From: Candidatus Saccharimonadota bacterium | GTDB taxonomy: Bacteria > Patescibacteriota > Microgenomatia > UBA1406 > GWC2-37-13 | Direction of reading: 5' to 3' | DNA: 32,000 bases | Assembly (NCBI GenBank): GCA_016700135.1 | Contig: CP065004.1 | Coordinates: 1,110,001-1,142,000 of the forward strand | Shown here: in pieces, positions 31,465-32,000 of the stretch | Layout of the letters: every line of letters starts with the position of its first letter | How positions within the stretch are numbered: position 1 is the first letter of the stretch | Translations under genes and position numbers: made by a program | Notes under the pieces: generated by a model | What the model was told of the DNA's origin: nothing | Seen by the model: the letters and a program-made list of their open reading frames with translations, nothing else | Databases searched by the model: none

Positions 31465-32000
31465 TTATATCTGATTCAGAAGTTTATAGAGTATCAAGGC
31501 GAAAGCTTCCCGACGCGAATCGCGATTAGTGAAGGGTTTATTTTTGTCCTGGTCCCAGCAGACGCTTTCAACAGCAGGTGACAAAGAGTAGTCGTAATGC
31601 AGTTTTGAAGCAACCAGTTTTGCTCGGGCAATATGATACGGATCAGTCACTATAATGACTGAATCTAATTTTGCATCTGTAAGTATTTCCTTTGAGAATG
31701 CAAAATTTTCATAGGTCGATGTTGATTTGTTCTCAATAAGAATATCCTCAGTAGGTACGCCAGCTGCAATGGCAAATTTTTTCATATTCTCAGCTTCGTT
31801 TATGTTTGTACCTTCATCATTCCCTCCCGACATGAGAATTTTTGGTGCAAAACCTTCTTTATAAAGTTCAACTGCATGATCTACACGGGCAATAACACAC
31901 GGATTATAACGGGGCTTCTTTACAAATCCTTTTTGATTACAGATAGGTCCGTAGCATGAATTATCAGATTTGATAGTTCCGCCCAACACTATAATTACAT
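31465..32000 (-). CDS. DUF218 (YdcF/SanA-like) domain protein; the 5' end probably lies beyond the window
   Basis: RVDHAVELYKEGFAPKILMSGG...NEAENMKKFAIAAGVP.EDILIENKSTSTYENF...VIIVTDPYHIARA is the DUF218 signature. The frame stays open to base 32000 and the track start is a GTG. Confidence 0.7.
   Translation of the reverse strand, partial: VIIVLGGTIKSDNSCYGPICNQKGFVKKPRYNPCVIARVDHAVELYKEGFAPKILMSGGNDEGTNINEAENMKKFAIAAGVPTEDILIENKSTSTYENFAFSKEILTDAKLDSVIIVTDPYHIARAKLVASKLHYDYSLSPAVESVCWDQDKNKPFTNRDSRREAFALILYKLLNQI

Noticed and set aside
1-32000. CRISPR array, rRNA genes, a diversity-generating retroelement, or a known defence or toxin-antitoxin module
   Set aside because: I saw no regularly spaced direct repeats, no rRNA-like sequence, no reverse transcriptase or Cas-like ORF, and no small adjacent gene pair with recognisable toxin or antitoxin motifs.

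Overview
Gene-dense, mostly low-GC bacterial chromosome segment (single 60-nt lines counted by hand give about 35-45% GC). The backbone is housekeeping and DNA repair: the 3' part of ppsA, ruvA-ruvB, three plus-strand tRNAs and one minus-strand tRNA, a Nudix hydrolase, a co-directional uvrB / uvrA-uvrC-secG block, two RNA methyltransferases (RlmI/K-like and rsmI), ddl, a znuA-znuC-znuB-type metal ABC operon and greA. Tight packing, many orphan exported proteins and a short UvrC fit a reduced-genome lineage such as Patescibacteria/CPR, but that is inference only. Mobile DNA: two apparently identical 715-bp IS1595-family elements (5243-5957 and 15548-16262), each with its own 7-bp target duplication, and an IS481-like element (about 13917-15032). 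The IS481-like element and the second IS1595 copy sit between uvrB and uvrA. Main sequence-level signals: (1) a TATAAT-like hexamer lies 5-10 nt (exactly 6 nt for nine genes) upstream of the ATG of 15 genes with no Shine-Dalgarno, suggesting mostly leaderless transcripts. (2) Two high-GC islands (about 28330-28930 and 29900-31375; counted lines reach 63-67% GC) hold three genes that all carry canonical GGAG-type ribosome-binding sites, so they look foreign. (3) A 662-aa ORF combines a HIT/GalT-like motif with a Nudix-like box and sits next to a canonical Nudix gene that starts 3 nt after a tRNA. (4) A small exported protein matches the N-terminal half of the eukaryote-type VWC cysteine pattern. 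(5) The znu operon has a TTGACA-17-TATACT promoter with a palindromic operator in its spacer. I found no CRISPR array, no rRNA and no recognisable defence or toxin-antitoxin system. All family assignments are by-eye motif recognition, not database searches.
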